Under the pieces are notes generated by a model that worked only from the letters and a program-made list of their open reading frames with translations, ran no database searches and was not told the DNA's origin. From Reclinomonas americana ATCC 50394 (lineage: Eukaryota): a stretch of DNA of 57,288 bases. The stretch covers positions 1 to 57,288 of the forward strand of contig PS015014.1 of assembly GCA_048213135.1 (NCBI GenBank). The letters are read 5' to 3'. Made by a program: the position numbers and the translations under genes. This document shows, in pieces, positions 12,562 to 25,600 of this stretch (the first letter of the stretch is position 1; every line of letters begins with the position of its first letter).

Positions 12562-12944
12562 CAGCTCGCTGCATGTAGGCTCTCACATTTAGAGACGGGG
12601 TGAATGAAATTATTACTTGATTGCAGAGCACCGCAGAGTTTCTCCCTCACGCACACGCGTACACGCGTGCTTAGATTCTACACTTCTCTTCTTCTGCATA
12701 CACACGCAAGTCCAAGCCTCCACTAGTCGACTGATGATGGCCAGTGTCCCAAGAGCAGCTACTCGCTGTCCTCATTGCACCGCCGCCGCCACCCCCCATG
12801 CACAAGCAGAAACCAGTCGCAGCAGCAGAAGAGGGTACACACTCACACACTCACCAACACACACGCACACATACACACAATGCAGCAAAGGAGAAAAAAA
12901 CGGGTCCATCAACAAAGCAAATCAAGCAGCAGAGGCTTGCATGC

Positions 12945-13765
12945 TTAGTGGTGGTCGCCCTGCAGCTGCTTGAGCACAAAGACCTGTCCGCAGTCAGAGC
13001 ACTCGTACGGCTTGTCGGCAGACACCTTGAAGAACTTCAGAGGATCGTGCAAGCCATCTGCGAGTGTCGAGAACATAATGGGTCAGACACTCGATCTCTT
13101 TGGAGCGATAAGGAAGATGCAGCAAAAATCACCCTTGCAGTCTCCAGGGCAGCCGACAATTCGCTCGCTGAAGTAGCTGTGCACCACCACCGGCTTCTCC
13201 TTGGTGCCAAAAGGACCACTGTATGCACACCGACGGAAATCAACAACAAATATGCGGACACACACTCGCGGACGACGACACGCAACGTCAGCACGCCATC
13301 CCAGAACTCGCTTCCCTTCTCAATCTCCAGGCGGTCCTGGCCAGTAGCCTGCTCGATATCGGTCGGCTGGTGGTCAGGATCGGTGCTGGCCGGCGGGCGC
13401 GATGCTGAGGGAATCAACGGCGGCATCAGCGTGACCGTCCAAGATGCATGCAAAGGAAGATGAATAGTACACACGAANNNNNNNNNNNNNNNNNNNNNNN
13501 NNNNNNNNNNNNNNNNNNNNNNNNNNNNNNNNNNNNNNNNNNNNNNNNNNNNNNNNNNNNNNNNNNNNNNNNNNNNNNNNNNNNNNNNNNNNNNNNNNNN
13601 NNNNNNNNNNNNNNNNNNNNNNNNNNNNNNNNNNNNNNNNNNNNNNNNNNNNCACACACACACACCTGCGGCTGATGGGGCAGCAGAGCCAAAGGCACGG
13701 CTTCGCATCATGACCGCGAGGCCGGTAGTGTACTGGCGACGAGCAGCAGAGAGAACACGCTCCAT
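12945..13765 (-). CDS. COX5B: Cytochrome c oxidase subunit 5B (yeast Cox4 homologue)
   Basis: Transit peptide MERVLSAARRQY; PTDIEQATGQDRLE; GPFGTKEKPVVVHSYFSERIVGCPG; HD...KPYECSDCGQVFVL zinc site. Confidence 0.93.
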
Positions 13766-14274
13766 TGTGGACACTGCTTGGTGAAAAGGGGAGAGTGTGA
13801 GAACACACTGCAACTCGTGATGCTGCTTGTGCGCGTGTGCATGTGCGTCTCTATGTGTGTGTGAGAGAGAAAGCGAGGAGTGGGGAGGAGGAGTAGAGGA
13901 AAACGCAAACACACATCGCAAACCAGATGGCGCACATTGCCAACAGCACGCCCACTCTCTCACTTGTACAAGCACGCACACGCACACACATAACCCTCTC
14001 TGGTGCACGGAGAACACATGCAACACGAGCTGCGTGCTTTTTTCTGTTTGTTTGACCGGTACAAGCGGTGCGCATGCTGATAACCCCTCACAAGTTCATG
14101 CACTCCTGCAGTGCATCGTGCAGCAACACACACGCAACGCACACACACGCACACACACACACACGCCCTGCGCAACGCACCAGCAGGAGATGCGATTGTG
14201 ATTCGATGAATCAGGTCCGTCGACTGGACACCTGTAGATCAAGTAAAGTGATTTTCTAGTGGGGGCGAGAAAAG

Positions 14275-17200
14275 ATGAGCACGGTCGCCGCTGCCGAGGA
14301 GCATGTGGCAATGGAGGCAATGTGCCCGCGTTCAGTTGCGTCCTGCTTCAGAGGAACACAGAAACACACAAGCACACACACACGCACTGTATACGCGAGT
14401 GCGTTTCTCGAGGAAAAACCGAAAACTGGTGGCAGTCCGCTCTTTTCCACCACGCGCCTTGCTCCTCCTCGCCCATCCACGCACACACACACACTGTGCA
14501 CGACTCTTTCCTTGGCACCACGTTCGCTAGCTGTCGCCGCGCACTTGATAAGAGACAACTAACGAAGAAATCGTGAACCGCACAGCGCGCCCTTGCTGGC
14601 ATCGCTGAGGTGCCGGTGGACCGCTCAACAGTGGTCCCTGACTTGCACGACCGTATTCAGTTCCTGCGCAAGTGAGTCTGTCTCCCTCTCTTGATTGATA
14701 CCGGGAAACGGAACGCGGCGATTGGAAACTGATATTTTTGTCTGCGCAGGTTGGTGGCCGACTTGGCCGGCGAGTTTGAACGCGAGGAGCACACATGGAG
14801 GGCCGAGTCGCTGCGATACGAGCGGCAAATCGCCGTTGCGTCTTGGTGCCAGCTCAGCGTGGCATAAAACCGTGATTTGTTAATGTTTCTCGGCGATACG
14901 TACACAGGAAGCCGCAATCCAACAGCAGAAAGTACGAGAGTTTGAGACGGCACGGCGCATGGAGATGAGACTGGAAAATGAGCGAGATCGACGAGTTGCG
15001 CACACGCTGCGGGCAGTCTCTCGATTTTATTGTCTTCTCATCGCTGGTGCGCACAGGACCAAGCTCGCAAGATGGAGCAGATGCGAGAGGAGGTGGAGCG
15101 CATGAAAAGCAAGTGCGACATGGACCGGCAGGCCCTTCGACTGCTGCAGCGACAGGATCGGTCCGCCGCGCTGTTGGACAACTGTCGTACTGCAGCGCAC
15201 ACTGGTTTGCAATTGCGTGTTGCAGTCGTCGACTACTATGACATTGTGCGCTAACTTTTGCTCGAATGCAGCACTGCGCGACTGGGTGAATACGCAGCTG
15301 GATGAGATACTTGCAAATCACAAGGACCTGGTCGCCTCAGTGGCCGAAGCGGTGCGTCGCGGGATGACGACACCTCCTTTTTCCTCCGCCGCCCGTTTGC
15401 CTAAAGAAACTCGCAACTTGTTCATTGCAGGCGCGCTTCTCCCGCGATACGGACTCGAGTTCGTCGGAGAGTATGGATGATCGGCTGGAGGGATCTGGTG
15501 TTCGTTGCGTTGTCGTTGATCGCCAGTAGTGCTACGTGGAGCCTGTGCGTGCTCACTGCGCACAATCGTACAGAGTCGGTGCTGCAGAAAATGCTGGTGG
15601 TGCAACACTTGATCCGCTACATCACTCACCTGGAGAAGGAGGTGAGCGACCGAGCCGAAGAACTGCGTCAAGTTCGCCAACTGCTGTCGGCTGCTGCGGT
15701 CTGTGTGTGCCACACTTCCCGCATGCCTCTGCACTTGTGCACTGACGATGCCGCGCGCGCAGCCCCTTGGTGACTTCGAGGCGCCGCCGGAGAGACCCGA
15801 GCTGATGCAGGGAGAGGCTGCGGAGCTGTACCGCAGCGCTCTGCAACAGATCTACGACACGGTGCAGCAGAGTGAGAAGCGGCGGCAGTCGATGTGTGCG
15901 GCCATCATGCCGGTCACAAAAAGCAGCGGCGCCGTGCGCGCCACGGGTCGGTTGCGTAGCAAGTCCACAGTGATCATCGAGGAGAACAACACCGAGGTCG
16001 ACGACATCGAGGCCAGCTGCAATGACGACGTGGGAAAACCAAAAACAGTCAAGCTCGACCGCATACAGTCCGCAGGCGGTGCCGTCGCACACGGCAAATC
16101 CCGGAGCGTCGACATTTCCGTGCCGGCCTCATCGCCGACGGCGGCGACAACAGCGCCGGTGGAGAATCGGCGGCGGGCGAAGCATCAGCGTCGAAAGTCA
16201 CTCTGCTTTGTGCCCACCACGGCCGGCACCCGAGTCAGTTTTGACGAGGCCGACGCCACCGGACCAACAACACCGCCACCACCGACCAGGTCGGTCAGCG
16301 ACAACCAGTTGCATGACGACGCCGCTCCATCGCAGCTGGCAGACAACGATCCACCACCAGCAGCGACGCAACAGCCATCACAGCCACACGACGAGGGATT
16401 GGGCCCAGAGGACTCGTCGTCGACAATGCCACTCAGCGACGACTCCACCGACGCCTCGTCTGGCCGGACGGTGGAGGAGCGCAGCAGTGGCCGGGTCGGA
16501 TCGAGTGGCTCCCGCAGCGCCAAACTTTCACCGCCACGACTGCCCGGTGAAGCCGCTCCAGCCGTCGACGCTGCGCCGCCGTGGAAGCCACCGCCGGTCC
16601 AACTGCCAGCTCCGCCTCGCGACCGACCAGTCCTGCCACCGCTTGGTGTCTCCACGGACTTGTCGCCCTCCAGGAATCGACTCAAGGAGGCTGCCAAGTT
16701 ACTTGCACATCACACACCACTCTCTCTTTCTCTCCTCACTGTGCTGTCTGTGACGCTGACGCTCGCTGCGTAACAGGTTCAACGGCACCATCATTCCAGT
16801 GCAGTTCAGTCTGCGCTCGAAGACCGGCGAAGAGATTCCCGCAGACGACATACAACCAGAGACACAGGCGGCAGCGGCGGCACTGGCGGCCGATTCAGCC
16901 GCCGCCGCCGGTTTCGGCGGCCGCGCACCACTCTCCATCTTGCCACTGTCACTCACCGATGCCGTGGTGCCGCGACCGGAAAACATCATCTCCATTCCAC
17001 CACACCAGCTGTTGTACCTGCAGCAGCAACAGCAACAGCAACAACTGCAACAGCAGCAGCGCGCTGCGGCGGACTGGCGACTAAGCTATCGATCGCCCTC
17101 GCCGGTAATGCCGCTGTCATCCACCGCCAACAACAGCAGCAGTCTCCGCGTCAGTCACGATCGCTCGCTGTCGTTGTCGGTGCCGGCTGGCGATCGCCTC

Positions 17201-17503
17201 TGGTCCATGGTCCTGGAAGGCGACGATACACGCAGTCTCGCACTCTCCGCCACTTCCCTGATGGTGACAGCGACTGGAATGGCGGAGAAAGAACAGGGAG
17301 TGGTGGTCATGGATGCGCCACGGTCGCAGCGACGGTCGACGAGCTCCCGCATCGATGCACTCGAGAGTCGATCGCGCTCACTCTCGCCCACGCCACCATC
17401 CAGTGCACACTCAGCCGCGACCCTATCGCCCCCACCCAGTGCCACCTCGGGGTCGTCCACGCCACTGCCGCGCATTGCTCGTGCGAGGCGGCAGGAGACG
17501 TAA
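14275..17503 (+). CDS. Multi-exon protein with N-terminal coiled coil and long disordered S/P/Q-rich C-terminus, unknown function
   Basis: Joinable exons (LHDRIQFLRK|LVADLAGEFERE...RQIA|EAAIQQQK|DQARKMEQMREE); long ORFs 15703-16773 and 16799-17503; polyQ; start uncertain. Confidence 0.6.
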
Positions 17504-17605
17504 AGAAAAGAGAGCGAGAGCGAGAGAGAGGGAGGGAAAAAAGTAGTGAAAGCAACGCACTACGTGTTTGTTTCGTTTCCAGCTCTATGCATCGGTCACC
17601 TCGTT

Positions 17606-18729
17606 TCACTCGCCTTCATCGCCCTCGCGCACACGAGACCAGTTGGGACTCGGCCGGTCGGGAGCGAGCCAATTGAAATCCTGCACACAATCCCACTTGT
17701 TGACATGCGACTGCAGTCGACTGTCGCCGGCCAGTTCGGCGATCCCCTTCCACGGCCCGAACTGAAGCCGCGTACACCGTTCAATGATGGGGTTCGAGCC
17801 TGCGTGGATATGGAAGACACAGTCGGTTGTGTCGTGGATGCGGAACTGTGCACTCGATAGTATGAGAAGAGAACAGACGAGGACCTTGTTGTCAAGGCAG
17901 CAAAGTGCACCTGATGCGCTGCGATGCGGAACGTGCACGACTGGCACGACTCCACGTACACACTGCCGCACACACCGCCGAGTTCGACGGTGCAATCGCG
18001 CAATCCAATAATGTGCGCAGCCGACGCCAGCACATGCCACTCCACCGAGGCACCCTGCAGTTCATGCAGCACCAGATCCTTGCCGGCCGGCGACGCGCCA
18101 GTCCACTCAGCCGAGCGCAGACACGAGGCAGCCGGCACCTCTGCGGCCGTCAACACCACCGCGTTGGCATTGCGCAGCGACTCGACACTGCGCACAGCCG
18201 GCGGCGCACTCGACGAGGAAGAAGTCGAGCCTCCGCCATCGCCCGCAGCCGAGCTCTCGGTCTTCACCACACGTCGCGAGGCAAACGAAAACTTCTTCTT
18301 CGGCACCGCCCGCTCACGCGCACCAGTCACCTCCCGCGTCAGATCCTCCAGCAGCTTCTGCACTTGCCGAGTGTCGTACGGCGTCAGAAAATAGGCCGAG
18401 CTCGAGAACAAGTTCGACAGCGTGGCCACGCGATCCAACAAGCCCACAAACACCGACTCCTCGCCCGCACCACCAACAGTCGACAAGACCGCGCGTATCC
18501 CTGTCGATCACCGCAGGTGAGAACAAAGACAACTCCCATTGCTCCATCTCTCTCACACACACACACACACACCCTGCGCCTCCTCCTGAATGCGAGTCAA
18601 CACCGCCGCCGCATTCTCCGACGGATCTGCCTTCTCCTCGCGCTCACGTCGACGCTCTTCCACCACTCGCTGTCGTTCTTCCATGCGTTCGCGCATGCGA
18701 GCTTCAATGCCCGCCGCCGCCGCTGTCAT
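17606..18729 (-). CDS. TBCC: Tubulin-specific chaperone C
   Basis: LTPYDTRQVQKLL...PKKKFSF; GSVYVESCQSCTFRIAAHQFRIHDTTDCVFHIHAGSNPIIERC; NKWDCVQDFNWLAPDRPSPNW. Confidence 0.94.
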
Positions 18730-18910
18730 GGTCGAACCCTACGATGTGCGCAAACCTCAGCACACTAACAGACACACACATATATGCACACACACACACT
18801 ATGCACACACACGCACCGCAGCAGCTTCGCTCATGGGAACAGGTGGCAACTAAAGTGACAACTGACGCCTCGATCGACTGACCGTTCTCTTGTTTCACAT
18901 CCTCTCTCTC

Positions 18911-20094
18911 ATGTTCCTCTCGCGACTGTTGCGGTTGAGGCCGGTGAGTGAGAGACTTGCACGCGCGCGCGTGTGTGTGTGTGAGAGAGAGGGAAACAGT
19001 GCATCACTGACGAGAAGATGCAGACTGTTGGCGCATTGACTGCGGTGGGTGTGGCGGCCTCCACCACTGTGCTGCTGGCCAGTGGCGATGGTGAGGCAGT
19101 GTGTGTGTGTGTGCAGTGGTGTGCGTGTGTGAGCTGACGAGTGTGTATGTTACAGAGGAAAAGGACCGCGGTGTGTGTGCATGCATTGTGTGTGCGTGTG
19201 TCTGAGTGTGCTTGTCTCACGTGTGATGCAGTGGTTCGTGGTGCTGTGCGCATCGACTACATGCACATGGTGCAGTTGCAGGTGAGCACGCGCGCGGGGG
19301 TGTGACTGCGTGCATGTGCGAGCGTTGCACTCACTTCCCACACACTGCAGGATCTCAACTTTATGAATGTCGTTGCGTGCCCTCCTCCGTTCTCCCTCCA
19401 TCCTTCTCCTCGTTTCTGCGTGCTCACTGACGATGCTCCTTTGTGTATATTGCAGGTGCACGGTATGATTCGCCTTTCCTCTGTTCCTCCCATCAATATC
19501 ATCAATGTGATCGCGCGCAGGAGGCACCGTGTTCAAGGTCATGGACGAGGCTGCGGGTGTGGTGGCACATCGATTCGGCCGTGGCCCCATGCTCACTGTC
19601 AGCACCGACAAACTGGAGTTCAAGTCGTTTCGTCGTCACGTATTGACTCGATCGCTTCGGGATCACGCGCAATTCTCACGCACTCTGGTGGTATAGTGGT
19701 GTGGTCCCCAACGATCTGATGGTGGCACACGCACGTCTCACGTTTGCGTCGCCGCGCTCGTGCGAAGTCGAGGTCGTCGTCACGTCGGAACACTTGTTCA
19801 CGGGTGAACAGCGGTGCGAATCGAGTGTGTCTGCATATCTCTCTCCCGGTTTTCGTTTACCAACAGCGCACATTTTTGTGCAGAGTTTCGAGTCGGGCAT
19901 TTTTCTACTTTTCACCGCTCAGCAGCAAACTGCAGCTGCCGACGTACATACCCATCACGGAGGAGGAAAAGCAGCTGTGGGAGGAGGGACGCCAGCGATA
20001 CGAGGAGAAGAAGGCGAAACGGGCGGCGGCGGCGGCCAAAGCACGCGGACAAGTGGCGGACAGTGCCACTTCTCGCCCACCACACAAAGAGTAA
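18911..20094 (+). CDS. Hotdog-fold acyl-CoA thioesterase (YciA/ACOT7-like), probably mitochondrial
   Basis: Spliced DLNFMNVVHGGTVFKVMDEAAGVVAHRF...TVSTDKLEFKSGVVPNDL...RSCEVEV; PITEEEKQLWEEGRQRY; N-terminus MFLSRLLRLRP resembles a transit peptide. Confidence 0.88.
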
Positions 20095-20422
20095 GGCATG
20101 ACTGCTTGCACTGTATCACAACTGTGCGCCGTACATGACACCAGCACTAATATGTCTTATGAACTCGTCGGAAACAGTTCTTGTCCGCCAGGTGCGAACG
20201 ACGGCGTTTCCGAACATCCTGCTATCGTTTCCGCTGCCGTTCCGACCTTGCGTGCACGGATGTGAGCGTGTGAGTGGGAACCTATAGTGAACTGGCAGCA
20301 CCATTTGTTACATACAGTGGTATTACGACTCCGCACGTACTTATTGCCCATTTCCCCCACGGGACAACAGCCGGCGCATTTCACCAAATTTGTCGCGTTG
20401 TTTCTTTTTTTTCGTCATTGTC

Positions 20423-22575
20423 ATGAGTGGAGGCAACGTGCCACCGCCGTCTGACGACACTGGTGACGACAGTCGACACAACCCCTTCTCGTACCACCAC
20501 TACGTGTTCCTCCCGAACGACCCGTCGCCGTCACCAGGAGTGATGCAGGTGGATCATCAACAGTTCTATCCGCCTCCACAACCACCACCACCACCACACC
20601 CACTGCCGCAGCCACCACAACAGCCGCTGCCGCTGCAACAGCCACCCCACATTGTGATGCCGGCGTACCAGTCTCCGTACCACCCGCAGCCACCGCCGCC
20701 GGGTAACACCGCCGTCATGTCGGTGGGTTGGCCACACGAGTCCAGTTGGACTCAAAATGGGAGCGTGTTCCCTATCCAGCAGCCGCAGCCGCCGCCGCAG
20801 TATGTGCCCCAACCGGTGAGTGACACACACGCACACGCACGCACCTCTGCAGTGGCGTGTTCTATTGGTCGCACATCACTGTGTGGCGAGTGGACAATAA
20901 GGAAACACGCCCAGAGACTCTCCTGTGCTGCACTGCACCATAGGCACACTTGCTGGTGTTGCGTGCAGCGTGGTGACACACGAACATTAATGCAGAATAC
21001 GCACACGCACACACATTACGGCTTAGCGCACATTCATTGCAGCACTGCGTGATTCTCTTTTCAATGTCGTGTCTGGTGTCATTTCTTTTGCCTCAAACTC
21101 GACCACAAACTGATCTCGTGCATCACACCGTGTAAACAGCCTGCCCACTACGAAGCCGTGCCGTATGGACCGGCTCCTAGCCAACACAACCATTTCGCCA
21201 ACCCGGGCACTGCTGGTCATGGCTTATGCGCCGCCGGCGGTTGGCTATGGTGAGGGAACACGCGGACATGGCGGGTCCCCCACCAACACCGCCACCACGT
21301 GCACGACGCCAACGAGTACCATGCTGCCTCCGCCACTGCTGCCACCGCAGAGACCGCCACCGCAGCCTCTAGCGTCGGCGGCAGCTGATTTCCACCAGCC
21401 GCAGCAACATGCGCCAGTGGCACTGGCGGACGAGCATGTCCGCGGGCCGTCCGCGGCAGCCACTGGCGCCTTTAGTGGCCTCAAGAGCGAGCGCTACCCC
21501 GCTCCTTTTGCAGGTCACGGCCCTAGCGGTGGTCGTCACCAGTCGCAACCCACCTTCGCGCACCACCATCGACCGTTGCAGCATCACTCTGCGGAGGTCA
21601 GGCGCGGCGAGTTTGACTCCTCCACTGAGAGTGACGCAGCCTCCTCCACGACCATGTCGTACGCGGGTGGTGGTGGTGGTGGTGGCGGTGGCACTACTAC
21701 TGGCAGCAGCAGTACTGGTCTTGTCGGTGGTAGTGGCGATAGCGGTGGTGGTGGTGGTGGTGGTGACCGAGATTCGGACTCTGCAGAGTCCAGCTCCCTC
21801 CAGAGTCCGACGTCGAGTACATCCTCTCGCGGCTCACGTCGTCGCGCTCGCACGACAGCCGAGGCACCGGAGGGCTGGGTCGAGGAAGCAGTCGATCTCA
21901 TCAACGGGCGGTGGGTGCGAGAGTTGCCTGCACGGTATCGCGAGTTCTTCTACTGCGGTGGCGGCAAGAAGTCCTCCAAGCGGCGCCAGCAGGATCCGCG
22001 ACCACCGCTGCCACAGATGAGAAGGCCGAGTCGACGAGACGCCCTAAAGGTTTGTGTGTGTGTGTGTGTGTGTCAGACAAAGTGAGAGAGCACGACTACT
22101 GACAACAAGAAGAAAACTCAACTGACGATAACCACTCGCACCGCAGTACGTTAACGAGCGTCTCAACACATCCATTGGCAACGGCAGCGCCAGCTGGCTT
22201 CGTGCGCGCAAGGACGCCCGACTGGACGACAAGACCCGCAAGCATGACGTGCAGTATCTCGAGGCCGAAATGCGCCGACTGCAAGCAGAGGGTTCAATGC
22301 CGTTGGCACCACCGCTGCCACCACGCCGCCCGTCTGCCGCCGCATCCAGTCACAACTCCATGGACGACAGCAACGAGTACGACGACGACGTCAACGGTGA
22401 CGACAATGATGACGACGACGACGACGTGGAAGTGGATGCTGACGTCCAGATGCGACCCTTCCACGGTGAAGACGACCAGCGCTATGCGGATCACCACCGC
22501 GCAGAGAATGGAGACGAGGAAGACGAGGAGGAGGAGGAGGAGGAAGACGATCGGGACGATGACGGGTACAGATGA
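20423..22575 (+). CDS. P/Q-rich protein with a central basic W-containing domain and acidic tail (possible transcription regulator)
   Basis: Three exons (donors at about 20816 and 22050); composition only, no recognised family. Confidence 0.55.
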
Positions 22576-22629
22576 GTGGTAGAAAAATAATAAGGTGTTG
22601 CGACTGTACTGCTGCGTGTCTCCCAGCGT

Positions 22630-25600
22630 CTACATGCGCTTGCTGGAACCAAAGGTGGAGGTTTTCGGGCCGTGGCGCACTGAGCGGCGCTTGGCGGGTG
22701 GGCGGGGTGGCGCTGCAGCGGTCACGAGTTAGCAGATGTCGCAGTTTTCACCCTTATCATCATCACATACCGGCGACCACCAGAGGCCTGGTTACTTCGG
22801 CAGCGGCCGCTGCCATTGGGGAGCCTGACACAGGTGCACGTTGCTGTGGCCGAACCTTGGTGGCAGCGATCGGTGGGAAGCGCGACGGAGTTGTCTATAC
22901 CGCTAGTGAGCGTCGGACGAAAACAGGAACGCGGACAACATGAGAGCATCAAGCACGCACGCACCAGTCGCGGTGAATCAGGCCGACTGTCAGCAACAGG
23001 TGGTAGCTGGTCACTGCCACGGCTGCCGATGCTCTGCAACTCCATTTCGTCGCCACTGGATGCAGATGGCCCTGCTGGCACACACACACACACACACACA
23101 CGCACAAACAGAAGTGAAAAAACTGTCAGAACGCACACCATGCAGCAGTGTGCATACCGCCTGCATGTCGATCGCCGTTGTGTCGTTGGAAAAACAGGGC
23201 GTCGTCGGATCCGCGACGAGGGTGCTGCGCAGCTTCCGCCTACCGTGGTGCACCATATATGGTAAGTCGATGAAATGATTGGAAAACAGATGCGAGGCAG
23301 TGTGGTAACCTGACGGTGAACCGGCGGTGGCGGGTGTGCTATTTTCTTCAGGTGCTCCAGGCGTGCGATAGGATCTGTGCGCGCGGAAGTGAGTGGTACT
23401 ACACGAGCGCATACAAACACGCACATGCACACACCTTGCATTTTCTTCCGCCGCTCCTTTCCATGTGCAAAGTACGCAAAGCGTTTGTCGCGCATCATCA
23501 TGGCCTCCACCACTGCCGGGTCCGAGATGTGCCTACCCCCATGGACACGCATCGTCAATAGAGAGCAGCACGCTTTTCGGCAAACATTCAACAAATGCGG
23601 GATTGTTGCATACCATTCTTCGGCGAGTTGTTTCAGTCGCTCAGCATGCCGTGCGGCAGCCTGGCTGCTCGTTTCCGACTGGAATGACTGGTCAGTGGCC
23701 CCACTCAGTGGTGTATGCTGCGAGCGCGACGAGGGCATGCTGTGTGGCATTTGCGAAGGCATGTGCGAAGACAAGACGGGTGGTGGTGGTGGTGGTGGTG
23801 GTTGCAGCTGATGATGGTCGGCATACGGATCGGTGCGGAGAGCGTCGGCCTGTGATGAAGCATGCCACGATGGTGGCATGTTCGGGGCGGCGGCGGCGGT
23901 GGCGGCGGTGGCCAATGGTCGCGGTGGTGCGGACATGTCGTCGTCGTCGTATAGCCATCGTGGTGGTGGTGGAACGCCGGGAATGTTGAGCGAGAAGCCA
24001 TCGATGGTACCCTCGGGCATGAAGAAGCTGGAGCGTACACCACACATAGTCCGTGGTGAGGGCAACATTTGTGGAGTGTCTCATACCATGCATAGCATGC
24101 AACACACCTTTCATCGATTTCCGCATAGTCAAAGTCATCGTCGTCTTCGTACTTGATGCCGGCGAAGCGCTTGCGCACACGATAACCCCGCCATGCTGCT
24201 TGGATAGCCACGGCGGCCATGGCACGCAACTCCCTCCACTCGGCCAAATGCTTCTTGACCTGCGCAAGGGGTCAGTCGCGTTACAGCCTCAGCACGCTGT
24301 TGAGGCGCGCTACACGCAACGAATTGTCGGGTCGGGCAGGCGTGTCCCCTCCACGCGGCTTGGATGCGAATCGCGGCCTCATCCTGGGCGGGAGACGAAA
24401 CGTGAGACATGCAAGTGCACGGGGAACAGTGCACATGTACATACCAGCCGTCGGCCACGCAGTTGATCCTTGTTGGCTCGCCAGAAGCGCTGAATGCGCA
24501 ACGTGGCCCGTTCGCGCACAAACGTGGCCTGTCGGTCACGATACCTGCGTTCGGCGTGGTGAGTACTTTGGGGAGTGCTATTGGCTCCCAGCGCACCACG
24601 CAACGAGGTGCAGACGGTGAAGCAGCTCTGGTGTTCGCGTGCGTCAAAATACACCTGCTGCCGCAGCTGCGTATGCAACATCTCGTGCAGCTGCTGTGCA
24701 TGCTTGTGTTCCCGGTCGAGCCGAATACCGCACAGCTCCTGAGCCTGCAATTAATGGAGGAAGAGACTTGTGTTGAGAAGCAGTCGTCAGCAACGCGCTA
24801 CTGACACCGACACGCCACGCAACATCCGCCTGTCGGTCACTGGCCAAGCGCGACAATTCACGCTTGTGTACACCGCGCAGCTGCTGTCGTTCGTGCACTT
24901 GATTCGCACTCATGTGGTCCAGAGTCGCCGCGGTCCAACCTGCGCACAAGAGTTAAGTTGACACATGTCTTCATTGCCTGACTTGAGGTGAGGAAATACC
25001 TGCAGCTATCAACTGGGATGGAATCGCAATGGCCACCACATCTTCCCAGCGAGCGTAACTGCGATGGAACAGCGGTCGGCGCTGTCGCAGTGCGCGGGCC
25101 ACCAAATGAACACTGCACGCCACAACAACAACAATAGAGAGATGAGGAGACGCCCCGCACAGCACTGTGCCCACCACCACACAGAATCACCTCTTGGCAG
25201 AGCGTTGCAAAAACGCCGACTCGGCCGACTTGCGTGCCGACCGCGTCACCTCCTCCGTGTCGAGCTCAGTCAGGCTCGGCAGCGTGGCAATCACCAGTCG
25301 TCTGTACAACGGATCCTCGCACACAGGATTGTCGTTCACTTGCAACTCGGCGAGACGCGGACAGTGCGACAGTGCGGCGAGGAAGTGAAAGTCGGAAATG
25401 CGGTTAAAGCTGCGACAACATCACTCAAGTGAGACACATCACCTCACACATGCCACATAGTGTGCGTCCAATCGCAACGATAGATTGCAAGTGCGCAGTG
25501 ACACACAGTTTTGCAGCGCGTCCACGCGTGAGATGGAGTTGTCGTGCAGGTGGAGCGCCGTGAGAAGCGGATGGTACGGCAGCGGCGGTGAGCGTGTCAA

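Noticed and set aside
13800-14270. Possible ncRNA or regulatory repeat in the CA/TG-rich spacer
   Set aside because: Simple microsatellite-like sequence typical of all non-coding DNA here; no recognisable tRNA or snRNA motifs.
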